Below, piece by piece: positions 1 through 8,526 of a stretch of DNA of 36,387 bases. The notes under the pieces were generated by a model. The model did no database searches and was not told the origin of the DNA. It was given only the letters and a program-made list of their open reading frames with translations. The translations under genes and the position numbers were made by a program. Each line of letters opens with the position of its first letter. The first letter of the stretch is position 1. This DNA is from Anaerolineae bacterium (GTDB lineage: Bacteria > Chloroflexota > Anaerolineae > UBA7937 > B3-Chlor). The stretch covers positions 1 to 36,387 of the forward strand of contig JBAVWD010000080.1 of the NCBI GenBank assembly GCA_049697655.1. Direction: 5' to 3'.

Positions 1-30
1 CAATCAGGCTTAGCAGGGTTGAACTGAGTG

Positions 31-59
31 TTGCTTTGCTGGCACAAACGCTGTAGAAT
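31..59 (+). promoter_or_regulatory. Candidate sigma-70-type promoter of the tad operon (TTGCTT - 17 nt - TAGAAT)
   Basis: -35-like TTGCTT at 31-36, a 17-nt spacer and -10-like TAGAAT at 54-59. It lies 65 nt upstream of the cpaB ATG. A 6-bp hairpin (CGCCTC 77-82 / GAGGCG 91-96) sits in the predicted leader. Pattern match only. Confidence 0.3.
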
Positions 60-123
60 AGTGCCAAAGCGCAACCCGCCTCGCTGCTGAGAGGCGAGAC
101 AGACTGGGAGCAGAGGAGTAGAG

Positions 124-1080
124 ATGCCACGAAGAGGGACGATACTCATTGCTGCGGGAATCATCCTGGCGCTGGGGACCACGGTCGTGGTGTTCGCGCT
201 GTTGCGTACCAGCGGTCAGGCGCCATTAGCACCTCCCCAGGCCACTCCGGAAGCGAAGATCTCAGTGGTGATCGCGGCGCAGGAGATACCTGCACTGACA
301 GAGATTCCGGCAGATGCGGTGGGGACGCTCCTCATCCCCAAGTCGGCACTGACTCCAGAGCACCTGCTGGACCCAGAGGCGGTCGTGGGCAAAAAAGCGA
401 TGACAGCTATTGTCAGGGGCTCCTTCATCACTACGGACGTGCTTCTTGATGAGAGCAAGGTGCTGGAACTGGGCTACAACGCCTCTCTCAACATTCCGCC
501 GGGCAAGGTGGCCGCTGCTTTCCGCACCACCCAGTTGCGCGCGGTGGCCGGGGCCATTCAGAACGGTGACTTCGTAGACATCCTCATCTCCTACTGGATG
601 CTGGACACGGAAACGGAGCCGTCACCCGCGGCCGCGGGAGAGGAGGCTGCGGAAGTGCCCCCCTCGTACATACTCCTGGCCCAGCTCTTGCTGCAAGACG
701 TGGAGGTCCTGCGCGTAGGACCGTGGGCCGGCGTTGCCGTGCCCCCCGAGGAGCCACCAGCGGAAGCGCCGGCAGGGGAAGCCCCATCTGAGGAAGCCGC
801 ACCAGAGGCAACACCCGCGGCGGGAGAAGGTGAGGGGGAGTTGGCTCCGGTGTCCCTCGACAGCGAAACGGTGCTGACGCTCTTACTCGATCAGCAGGAC
901 GCCCTCGTGCTCAAGTATGCCCGCGAGAGTGGGGCCTCCATAGACCTTGTGCTGCGCGGGCGCGGGGACGACAAGAACGTCCGTACTGAGACCGTCAGCC
1001 TGGAGTACGTTATGACGAGGTTTGAGATAACGGTTCCGCCGGAACCCATGCGGTTCGTACCGAAGTCATACCGTCCGTAG
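124..1080 (+). CDS. cpaB: Flp/Tad pilus assembly protein CpaB/RcpC family
   Basis: 318-aa ORF with ATG 124 preceded by GAGGAG (113-118). It has an N-terminal TM helix (ILIAAGIILALGTTVVVFALL), a SAF-like segment (KISVVIAAQEIPALTEIPADAV) and a CpaB/RcpC-type C-terminal segment (GDFVDILISY ... LTLLLDQQDALVLKYARESGASIDLVLRG). It is the first gene of a cpaE-cpaF-tadB-tadC operon. Confidence 0.8.
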   Translation: MPRRGTILIAAGIILALGTTVVVFALLRTSGQAPLAPPQATPEAKISVVIAAQEIPALTEIPADAVGTLLIPKSALTPEHLLDPEAVVGKKAMTAIVRGSFITTDVLLDESKVLELGYNASLNIPPGKVAAAFRTTQLRAVAGAIQNGDFVDILISYWMLDTETEPSPAAAGEEAAEVPPSYILLAQLLLQDVEVLRVGPWAGVAVPPEEPPAEAPAGEAPSEEAAPEATPAAGEGEGELAPVSLDSETVLTLLLDQQDALVLKYARESGASIDLVLRGRGDDKNVRTETVSLEYVMTRFEITVPPEPMRFVPKSYRP

Positions 1081-1131
1081 ATGAAGGTCTGGTTCTGAGC
1101 CGCGCGACGCCACTGCCAGCCTTGAGACCAC

Positions 1132-2424
1132 GTGGAGATGATGGAACAGCTTGAGAACAAGATCCGCGTCCTGATCGTGGACGACATTCCCGAAACACGG
1201 GAGAACGTGCGCAAACTGCTCTACTTTGAGAAAGACGTCGAGGTCGTCGGTGCTGCGGCCAACGGAACCGAGGGCATCGAGATGTCCCGCAGTCTGCGGC
1301 CCGACATCGTGCTCATGGACATCAACATGCCGGACATTGATGGCATCAGCGCCACAGAGTCCATCTCCCAGTCCGTCCCCGAAGTCCAAATCGTCATGAT
1401 GTCCGTCCAGGGGGAGACCGACTATCTCAGACGCTCCATGCTGGCCGGCGCCAGGGAGTTCCTGGTGAAGCCCTTCTCAGCCGACGAACTGATCGCCAGT
1501 ATCCGGCGCGTCCACCAACTCAAGCCGAGGGCCGTGTCCGTCCAGCCTGAGATTCTACGCCCCCAATCCACTGGGCCTACCGCAGGCCCAGTGGCACCCG
1601 CCGCAGCAAGGGAAGGTGAGATCATCACCGTATACAGCCCTAAAGGGGGCTCGGGTTGCAGCACTATTGCCACCAACCTGGCCCTTGCTCTACATGACGG
1701 AGATCGCAGAGCCGCCTTGGTGGATGGCGATCTGCAATTCGGGGACGTGGCCGTGCTCCTGAACTTGCAGGCCAGCAGAACCATCACCGACGTCATCCCA
1801 CACATCGACTCCCTGGACGCCGACTTCTTGAATGACGTCATGCTCACACACCCCTCAGGAATGAAGATTCTGCTGGGGCCGCCGAGGCCGGACGCGGCAG
1901 AGACGGTCAGGGCGGACGACATGAGGGCAGTGCTCAGACACCTCAGCCTGCTCTACGACTACACCATTGTGGACACTGCATCCTATCTGGACGATATCGT
2001 GTTGACCATCCTGGAGGTGTCGGACTGGATCCTGCTGGTGGTGACTCCAGACATCCCCGCCATCAAGAACGTAAGGCTCACCCTGGAAGCACTCGATGCG
2101 CTGGACTACCTCAACAAGACCCGCCTGGTGATCAACATGTCGGGCCGCAAGGATGGGATCACGGAGAAAGACATCGCGACTCACATCAAGCATCCAATCT
2201 TCGCCACTATACCCAGAGACAACGGCACCGTCAGCGCGGCAGCCAACCAGGGCGTCCCCGTCATGGTCAGCAGTCAGAAATCGGTGATCGCCAGGAGCAT
2301 TCTGCACCTGGCCGAACTGATGCGAGATGAGAGAACCGCCGCTACGGGAAGGAAAGCTGGGCGCCAAGGTACGGCTTCGCAGGCAGCGGGACGCAAGACA
2401 CTACTCGGGCGGATCTTGAGCTAG
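1132..2424 (+). CDS. cpaE: Response-regulator receiver domain fused to CpaE/TadZ-type (MinD/ParA-fold) pilus assembly ATPase
   Basis: 430-aa ORF. Residues ~10-120 form a CheY-like receiver (DD17-18, D63 in VLMDINMPD, S91, K113 in LVKPF). A P/A-rich linker follows, then a MinD/ParA-like domain with the atypical P-loop KGGSGCST. Start is ambiguous (GTG 1132, ATG 1138 or ATG 1141). Confidence 0.8.
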   Translation: MEMMEQLENKIRVLIVDDIPETRENVRKLLYFEKDVEVVGAAANGTEGIEMSRSLRPDIVLMDINMPDIDGISATESISQSVPEVQIVMMSVQGETDYLRRSMLAGAREFLVKPFSADELIASIRRVHQLKPRAVSVQPEILRPQSTGPTAGPVAPAAAREGEIITVYSPKGGSGCSTIATNLALALHDGDRRAALVDGDLQFGDVAVLLNLQASRTITDVIPHIDSLDADFLNDVMLTHPSGMKILLGPPRPDAAETVRADDMRAVLRHLSLLYDYTIVDTASYLDDIVLTILEVSDWILLVVTPDIPAIKNVRLTLEALDALDYLNKTRLVINMSGRKDGITEKDIATHIKHPIFATIPRDNGTVSAAANQGVPVMVSSQKSVIARSILHLAELMRDERTAATGRKAGRQGTASQAAGRKTLLGRILS

Positions 2425-2478
2425 TCGCGCAGTGCCACCCTGTCAGTCAGCAGAATGTGGCCGAGGAGGCATGCCTGA

Positions 2479-3861
2479 ATGTCGCTCCTGAAGAGGATAG
2501 AGAAAAGCCAGAAACCGGAAGAGGACATCCGCACCACGAAGCTGGAGGAGTTGAGACTCAAGCGCAGGCCAGCGAGGCCAGCCCGAGACACCTTCTCCGA
2601 ACTGAAGAACCATGTGCAGAAGAAAGTCATTGCCGAATTGGACCCTCGCATGGACCTATCGCAGACGGCCGAGGTACGCGGTGTTATCGAAGAGATGTTC
2701 AACACCGTCCTGGCCGAGGAGAACGCCGTTCTCAGTCGCGCCGAGCGAAACGTGCTGCTCGAGCAGATTGTCGCCGAGATCATGGGCCTGGGCCCTCTGG
2801 AACCACTGCTCAAGGATGAGTCGATCACGGAGATCATGGTCAACGGTTCACAGAGGATTTACATCGAGCGTCAAGGCAGGATCGAGAAAACCTCCTACCG
2901 GTTCGAGAGCGACGAGCATGTGATGCGCATCGTCGACCGCATCGTGGCGCCCTTGGGCAGACGCGTGGACGAGAGCCAGCCCTACGTGGACGCGCGCCTC
3001 CCGGATGGGTCCCGCGTCAACGTCATCATTCCCCCGCTGGCCATCCAGGGGCCCATCATCACCATCCGCTTGTTCTCCAAAGTACCCTACACCATGGAGG
3101 ACCTGGTCGGGTTCGGCACGATGACCCCCGAGATCGCCGAGTTCCTGGAGATCTGCGTCAAGTCGAGACTCAACATTATTATCTCCGGCGGCACTGGTTC
3201 CGGCAAGACGACGACTCTCAACGTCCTTTCCGGATACATTCCAAATGACGAGCGGATTGTCACCATCGAGAACGCCGCAGAGCTTCAACTCCAGCAAGAG
3301 CATATCATATCTCTCGAATCGCGCTTGGCCAACATCGAGGGCAAGGGCGAGGTCACCATTCGAGACCTGGTCGTCAACTCGCTGCGTATGCGACCTGATC
3401 GCATTGTGGTTGGTGAGGTGAGAGCCGGTGAGGCCCTGGACATGCTCCAGGCCATGAACACCGGTCACGACGGAAGTCTGACCACCTGTCACTCCAACAG
3501 CCCTCGCGATACGCTGGCTCGTCTGGAGACCATGGTCCTCATGGCGGGCACAGAACTCCCTCACCGTGCCATCAGAGAGCAGGTATCCTCCGCCCTCAAC
3601 CTGATCGTCCATCAGGAGCGGCTCAGGGATGGCTCACGGAGGATAGTGAACATCACTGAAGTGCAAGGCATGGAAGGCGATATCATCGTCCTGCAAGACC
3701 TCTTCGCCTTCGAACAGACAGGTTTCGATGACGGACGTTTGGTGGGTCACCTACGTCCTACTGGTGTTCGTCCGAAGTTCACCGAGCTCATCGACGCTTC
3801 TGGCTATCACCTGGATGCCAAGCTCTTCGGATACGACCAGCGAGGTCGATTGAGAGCGTAG
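2479..3861 (+). CDS. cpaF: CpaF/TadA-type type II/IV secretion ATPase
   Basis: 460-aa ORF with SD GAGGAGG 9 nt upstream of the ATG. It has Walker [13 protein letters not shown], Walker B/His-box region [35 protein letters not shown], and the typical CpaF N-terminal three-helix region. Confidence 0.92.
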   Translation: MSLLKRIEKSQKPEEDIRTTKLEELRLKRRPARPARDTFSELKNHVQKKVIAELDPRMDLSQTAEVRGVIEEMFNTVLAEENAVLSRAERNVLLEQIVAEIMGLGPLEPLLKDESITEIMVNGSQRIYIERQGRIEKTSYRFESDEHVMRIVDRIVAPLGRRVDESQPYVDARLPDGSRVNVIIPPLAIQGPIITIRLFSKVPYTMEDLVGFGTMTPEIAEFLEICVKSRLNIIISGGTGSGKTTTLNVLSGYIPNDERIVTIENAAELQLQQEHIISLESRLANIEGKGEVTIRDLVVNSLRMRPDRIVVGEVRAGEALDMLQAMNTGHDGSLTTCHSNSPRDTLARLETMVLMAGTELPHRAIREQVSSALNLIVHQERLRDGSRRIVNITEVQGMEGDIIVLQDLFAFEQTGFDDGRLVGHLRPTGVRPKFTELIDASGYHLDAKLFGYDQRGRLRA

Positions 3862-3902
3862 GGAGGATAGGAAAGCTGGACCCAATACTGATCGTCCTAC
3901 CC

Positions 3903-4847
3903 ATGCTGGCGGGCGGCTCCGTCCTAGCGCTATTCGTGGGCCTCTCCAGGGTGATGAGTTCGCGCTCGGCAGTGATCACCAGGCTGGGTGACGTCACCGC
4001 AGTCATCTCTGAGGATGGGGAGAAGAAGCGCGCCAAGGGCGAACGACCGGTCCCTGAAGTCGTAGTGAGCTTAGATCGGGCGATCGCCCAACAGAGCTTT
4101 GCTAAGCGCGTGGCCACGGATCTGGCTCGTGCCAATCTGAAGTTGACGGTCGTTGAGTTCATGATGTTGATGGTGGCGATCATCGCCCTAGGCGCACTGG
4201 CGGGCGCCTTTCTCGTACGTCAGCTATGGATCATCGGCGCCGTGGCTGGCGCCCTGCTCGGTTTCTTTGCCCCCCGCGTGTTCGTCGGGCTACGTCAGAG
4301 CAGACGTCTCAATGCATTCAACGACCAGTTGGGCGACACCATCACCCTGCTGGCCAACTCACTCCGCTCGGGCTACAGCCTGCTGCAATCCATGGAGATG
4401 GTAGCCAGAGAGTTGCCTGAGCCCATGTCGGAGGAGTTCGGGCGAGTGACTCGAGAGATCGGCCTCGGCCTGTCCAACCAGGATGCTCTAAATAACCTTC
4501 TGAGGCGCATCCAAAGCGACGACCTGGACATGATGATCACCGCGATCAACATCCACCACGAAGTGGGGGGGAACCTGGCCGAAATCCTGGACACCATCGG
4601 TCACACCATACGAGAGCGAGTCCGCATCAAAGGCGAAATCCGGACCCTCACCGCCATGGCCAGGTACTCGGGCTATCTGGTGAGCATACTGCCGATCGCC
4701 GTCGCGGGTCTGCTCTTCGTCATGAATGCCGACTACATGTCCGGTCTCTGGGAAGACCCTTGCGGCGTGCAGATGATAGTAGCTTCCGCCATGGGCATGT
4801 TCGCCGGCTGGATCATTATCCGCCGTGTTGTGAACATCGACATATGA
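3903..4847 (+). CDS. tadB: TadB-like type II secretion system F-family inner-membrane platform protein
   Basis: 314-aa ORF directly after cpaF. It has an N-terminal TM, a cytoplasmic GspF/T2SSF-like helical domain and C-terminal TM helices. ATG 3903 has no SD. An in-frame CTG at 3876 lies 9 nt after GGGAGG, so the true start may be slightly upstream. Confidence 0.8.
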   Translation: MLAGGSVLALFVGLSRVMSSRSAVITRLGDVTAVISEDGEKKRAKGERPVPEVVVSLDRAIAQQSFAKRVATDLARANLKLTVVEFMMLMVAIIALGALAGAFLVRQLWIIGAVAGALLGFFAPRVFVGLRQSRRLNAFNDQLGDTITLLANSLRSGYSLLQSMEMVARELPEPMSEEFGRVTREIGLGLSNQDALNNLLRRIQSDDLDMMITAINIHHEVGGNLAEILDTIGHTIRERVRIKGEIRTLTAMARYSGYLVSILPIAVAGLLFVMNADYMSGLWEDPCGVQMIVASAMGMFAGWIIIRRVVNIDI

Positions 4848-4884
4848 CGTTTTCGCTCCCACAACGAACCTGGGGGATGGAGAA

Positions 4885-5817
4885 ATGTCAGGCATGATTC
4901 TGCCCTTGCTGATTGCCTTGGGTGTTGGTGGCAGTGTGATTATCATCTTCGTGGGACTGGCTTCGCGGAGCAGCGCCGGTGTCGTGGAGGAGCGCCTCGG
5001 GGAGTTTGGCACGAGGTCAGTCATGACATTGGAGGACATCGAGCTCTCGGATCCCTTTGGGGAGCGGGTGATCAAGCCCATGCTGAACACGATAGCCAAC
5101 GCCTTTGCCCGGCTGACGCCCCGGAGAAACGTGGAGAACATCCAGCACAACCTTGATCTGGCGGGCAATCCCTATAGATGGACAGCCGTGGAGTTCACAG
5201 GCCTCAGACTGGTTGCAGGAGTGTTGTTCGCAGGGCTGGCCCTCGGACTGACGTTCATCGCACGTACGCCACTGCGGAACCAGGTCTTCACCACAGTCAT
5301 GGCGGGCGCCCTGGGGTATTTCTTGCCCACCATCTGGCTCACCCTCAGGATCAGGAGTCGTAAGGCCAATATCCTGAAGGCGCTTCCTGACGCCCTCGAT
5401 CTCCTGACCATCAGTGTGGAGGCCGGATTGGGCTTCGACGCTGCTTTGACCAAAGTGACCGAGAAGTGGACCAACGAGTTGAGCCTGGCGTTCACCCGCG
5501 TGCTGGTGGAGATTCAGATGGGCACCCTGCGCCGCCAAGCTCTGAGGAACATGGCCGATCAAGCGGGTGTCCCTGACTTGACTAGCTTCGTGGCGGCAAT
5601 CATCCAGGCGGACCAACTTGGGGTAAGCTTGGCCAGGGTGTTGCACATCCAATCTGAACAGATGAGAATGAGGCGCCGCCAGAGGGCAGAGGAGGCGGCC
5701 CACACGGCACCTATCAAAATGATGATACCTCTGGTCTTTCTCATCTTCCCGGCCCTGTTTGTGGTCCTGCTGGGACCCGCCCTGCCCTCGCTGAAGATGG
5801 CTTTTGGCGGCTTCTAG
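4885..5817 (+). CDS. tadC: TadC-like type II secretion system F-family platform protein
   Basis: 310-aa ORF with SD GGGGGATGGAG just upstream. Same T2SSF architecture as the preceding gene (N-terminal TM, LPDALDLLTISVEAGLGFDAAL helical domain, two C-terminal TMs). This is the classical tadB/tadC paralogue pair. Confidence 0.8.
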   Translation: MSGMILPLLIALGVGGSVIIIFVGLASRSSAGVVEERLGEFGTRSVMTLEDIELSDPFGERVIKPMLNTIANAFARLTPRRNVENIQHNLDLAGNPYRWTAVEFTGLRLVAGVLFAGLALGLTFIARTPLRNQVFTTVMAGALGYFLPTIWLTLRIRSRKANILKALPDALDLLTISVEAGLGFDAALTKVTEKWTNELSLAFTRVLVEIQMGTLRRQALRNMADQAGVPDLTSFVAAIIQADQLGVSLARVLHIQSEQMRMRRRQRAEEAAHTAPIKMMIPLVFLIFPALFVVLLGPALPSLKMAFGGF

Positions 5818-5940
5818 GCACCCCGGCAAACCTGCCTCGGGGCCAGGGAGTGGCCGCGGTATGCAAGCCTGGCTTGAGCCCAGATCGGAGGCCAGCCAGA
5901 GGGACAGCACACGTCCGCCTCGGGACCAGGATTCACCTCT

Positions 5941-6663
5941 TTGAACCCATTGCCAGGTTGGCACGCAGCTGCTCAAGGACTACTTGACCTCCTTCTCCCA
6001 GCTCGTTGCGTGGTCTGTGACCGTAATGCAGGTTGGCTGTGCGCAGCGTGCCTGGCGCAGATCGAGCGCATCAAACCTCCAGTGTGCCCTCTCTGCGGTC
6101 AGCCCACAACCTCCCCTGGCCGCTGCCGCTCCTGTCAGTTCACACCGCCACGCATTGATGGAATCCGCGCCGTGGGCTATCTAGAGGGGACCCTGCAAAC
6201 CGCGATTCATCGCTTCAAGTACTCCAATGTGCGCCCGTTGGCCGTCCCCTTGGGACGATTGGCAAGCGAATATCTCAAACAGAATCACCTTCCCGTGAAG
6301 ATCATCGTCCCGGTACCGCTTCACTCCCACCGATTGCGCGATCGAGGGTATAATCAGTCTGAGCTTCTGGCCGAACAGCTGGGCAGCGCGATGGGCATGA
6401 GAGTCGTCGCCGATGTTCTCGTGCGAGTGAGGAGCACCATCCCACAGGTGGGACTCAGAGCAGACCAGAGACGAAAGAACGTCAACGGCGCGTTCCGGTG
6501 TGCCGGCACCACCTTGAAGGGGCATGATGTGCTACTAGTGGATGACGTGTGCACCACCGGAGCCACTCTGGAGGCTTGTAGCATCGCCCTCCGGGAGGCG
6601 GGGGCCGGGCATGTGTGGGGACTTGTGCTGGCCCGGGAAAGGTGGGCTGAGAGTTCAGTTTGA
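5941..6663 (+). CDS. comF: ComF/ComFC-family phosphoribosyltransferase-fold competence protein
   Basis: 240-aa ORF with a TTG start. The N-terminus has four CxxC-type pairs (CVVC...CAAC...CPLC...CRSC). The C-terminus has the PRTase motif VLLVDDVCTTGATL. Confidence 0.8.
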   Translation: MNPLPGWHAAAQGLLDLLLPARCVVCDRNAGWLCAACLAQIERIKPPVCPLCGQPTTSPGRCRSCQFTPPRIDGIRAVGYLEGTLQTAIHRFKYSNVRPLAVPLGRLASEYLKQNHLPVKIIVPVPLHSHRLRDRGYNQSELLAEQLGSAMGMRVVADVLVRVRSTIPQVGLRADQRRKNVNGAFRCAGTTLKGHDVLLVDDVCTTGATLEACSIALREAGAGHVWGLVLARERWAESSV

Positions 6664-6686
6664 GTCTCTGAGACGGAGGATCGCAA

Positions 6687-7229
6687 GTGGAACTGATCAT
6701 CACTGGCAAGAACATGCAGATAAGCAACGGGATACGTGACTATGTCGAGAAGAAAGCAGGAAAGCTCGATCGCTACCTGCGGAACATGGACGAGGCGCAT
6801 CTGGAACTCACTCGCTCAAGTGCCAAGAGCGCCGGAGACCGTCACATCGCCCAGCTCACCGTACGCGCGAAGGGGACCATCTTACGAGCTGAGGAGAGCG
6901 CTGGCGACGTTTTCACCGCCTTCGACGCCGTGTTGGACAAGATGTACCGCCAGATCGTACGCTACAAGACCAGGAGGCGCGATCTGGGTCGTCCCCCAGA
7001 GGACGAGTCGATGCCACCGATTGAGGAATACGAGGAGGAGGCTCCCAAGCAGATCGTCCGAGCGAAGCGCTTCCTCGTCCTGCCCATGGATGAGGGGGAG
7101 GCCGCCGAACAGATGGAGCTCCTGGGTCACGATTTCTTCCTCTTCCTCAACACCAGCACCGGGGAGCTGAACATCATTTACAGACGGCGCGATGGGAACT
7201 ATGGCCTCATCGAGCCGGAGTTGGCATAG
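6687..7229 (+). CDS. hpf: Ribosome hibernation promoting factor, long form
   Basis: 180-aa ORF with GTG start and SD GGAGGA 6 nt upstream. It has an N-terminal RaiA/YfiA-type domain (ITGKNMQISNGIRDYVEKK) and the C-terminal dimerisation domain typical of long HPF (KRFLVLPMDEGEAAEQMELLGHDFFLFLN...IIYRRRDGNYGLIEP). Confidence 0.9.
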   Translation: MELIITGKNMQISNGIRDYVEKKAGKLDRYLRNMDEAHLELTRSSAKSAGDRHIAQLTVRAKGTILRAEESAGDVFTAFDAVLDKMYRQIVRYKTRRRDLGRPPEDESMPPIEEYEEEAPKQIVRAKRFLVLPMDEGEAAEQMELLGHDFFLFLNTSTGELNIIYRRRDGNYGLIEPELA

Positions 7230-7231
7230 CG

Positions 7232-7717
7232 GTGGCGGCTATCATCCTCTTCGTTTGCACTGGCAACATCTGCCGTTCTCCCATGGCGGAAGGCATGCTC
7301 AAGGCCATGCTGCGCACAGACAGCCACGACACCCTTTGTCGCGTGCGCTCAGCCGGAACATGGACACAGGATGGTCTGAGCGCCTCTCTACTTGCCGTCG
7401 AGGCCATGGAAGAAATGGGAATAGACATTACAGACCATCGAACCCACCACCTTACCGCACAGGACATGGCCGCTGCAAGCCTGGTCATCGTCATGGTCCG
7501 AGGCCATCGCGATGCCCTGGTCGCGGAGTTTCCAGAAGCAAGACACAAAATCGTCCTGCTGAGCGAATTGGCGGGCGAGATGCACGATGTATCCGATCCT
7601 TACGGCAGCGACTCGCCGGAGCTCTATCGCCAATGCGCAGGCGAGATAGATCGTCTGCTAAGGGCAGGCTACAGTCGCCTTCTGGAGTTGGTCAAGGAGA
7701 AAGCGAGCGAAGGCTGA
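7232..7717 (+). CDS. Low-molecular-weight protein-tyrosine phosphatase family protein
   Basis: 161-aa ORF with GTG start 2 nt after the hpf stop. It has the CX5R(S) P-loop LFVCTGNICRSPMAEG and the DP acid loop VSDPYG. Confidence 0.85.
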   Translation: MAAIILFVCTGNICRSPMAEGMLKAMLRTDSHDTLCRVRSAGTWTQDGLSASLLAVEAMEEMGIDITDHRTHHLTAQDMAAASLVIVMVRGHRDALVAEFPEARHKIVLLSELAGEMHDVSDPYGSDSPELYRQCAGEIDRLLRAGYSRLLELVKEKASEG

Positions 7718-7726
7718 GCGGTTGGG

Positions 7727-8485
7727 TCAGGTCCTCTGCAATCGCCAGAGGCGCCAGTATCTCACCAAGTCGTAGTAGGCCATGAGACAACTGAGCAGTA
7801 GGCCACGCCATCCGTCTCTGTACCCGCGCAAGCTGAAGTAGCGCCAGCGGAACTGGCGCAGTGGCTGAAGCACCAAGTTCCACGGCCGAGCGCGGTGGCC
7901 GCTCTCGAATAACATGCGCACTTCATACCCTGTGTAACGATCCTGTTTGTCACAGAACTCGCGCACAGTATCGTAGTTGTAGTGGATCAGCGGGTTCTGC
8001 AGGCGGCCGGCTTCACCATCGAGCTCTACCAGTTCGTGCACTTCCCGACTCGCATCGTAGCGTGCTCTGTCTCTGCGCAGCAGGCGCAACTGGTAGTCTG
8101 GATACCATCCCGCGTGGCGAATCCATCTTCCGAAGATGTAGTTCTTCCGGGGCACCCACCAACCATCAAGACCCTCGTCACGGACAGCATGCCTGATCTC
8201 GTCTGCCAGCTCGTCCGTGGCCCGTTCATCAGCATCCACGAAGAAGACCCACTCCTTGTGTCCCATCCCCAAAGCCGCGTTTCGCTGGCGGGCGTAGTTG
8301 TCGAAGCGGCGCTGTTGCACCTCCGCGCCCATCGCCACGGCGATCTCCACCGTGGCGTCGTCACTGAACGAGTCGAGGACCAGAAGCTCGTCCGCCCAGT
8401 GGAGGGTGTTCAAGCATTCTGCGATGTTGGCTTCTTCGTTTCTGGTCAGAACGATGGCCGATATCTCCGCCATGGGTTCTGGCAC
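7727..8485 (-). CDS. Family-2 glycosyltransferase (WaaE/KdtX-like)
   Basis: 252-aa ORF with a GT-A N-terminus (SAIVLTRNEEANIAECLNTL), FFVDADE (DxD-like) and a conserved WYPDYQLRL segment. Start is GTG 8485 or ATG 8473. Confidence 0.85.
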   Translation of the reverse strand: MPEPMAEISAIVLTRNEEANIAECLNTLHWADELLVLDSFSDDATVEIAVAMGAEVQQRRFDNYARQRNAALGMGHKEWVFFVDADERATDELADEIRHAVRDEGLDGWWVPRKNYIFGRWIRHAGWYPDYQLRLLRRDRARYDASREVHELVELDGEAGRLQNPLIHYNYDTVREFCDKQDRYTGYEVRMLFESGHRARPWNLVLQPLRQFRWRYFSLRGYRDGWRGLLLSCLMAYYDLVRYWRLWRLQRT

Positions 8486-8526
8486 CTGCCCTGCCCTGGA
8501 AGATCGTGGCGTCCGGTTCCGGATGA

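Noticed and set aside
4565-4571. G7/C7 homopolymer tracts as phase-variation switches (tadB 4565-4571, mutL 12327-12333, pgpH 20383-20389, fabF 28410-28416)
   Set aside because: Each encodes a Gly-Gly or Pro-Pro dipeptide using GGG/CCC codons, which is common in GC-rich genomes. The tracts are shorter than typical contingency loci and occur in housekeeping genes.
5017-5976. 319-aa ORF on the minus strand antisense to tadC
   Set aside because: It is entirely overlapped by a gene with clear T2SSF family features. Its translation is R/G/P/Q/H-rich low complexity with no motifs. Such long shadow ORFs are expected in GC-rich DNA.
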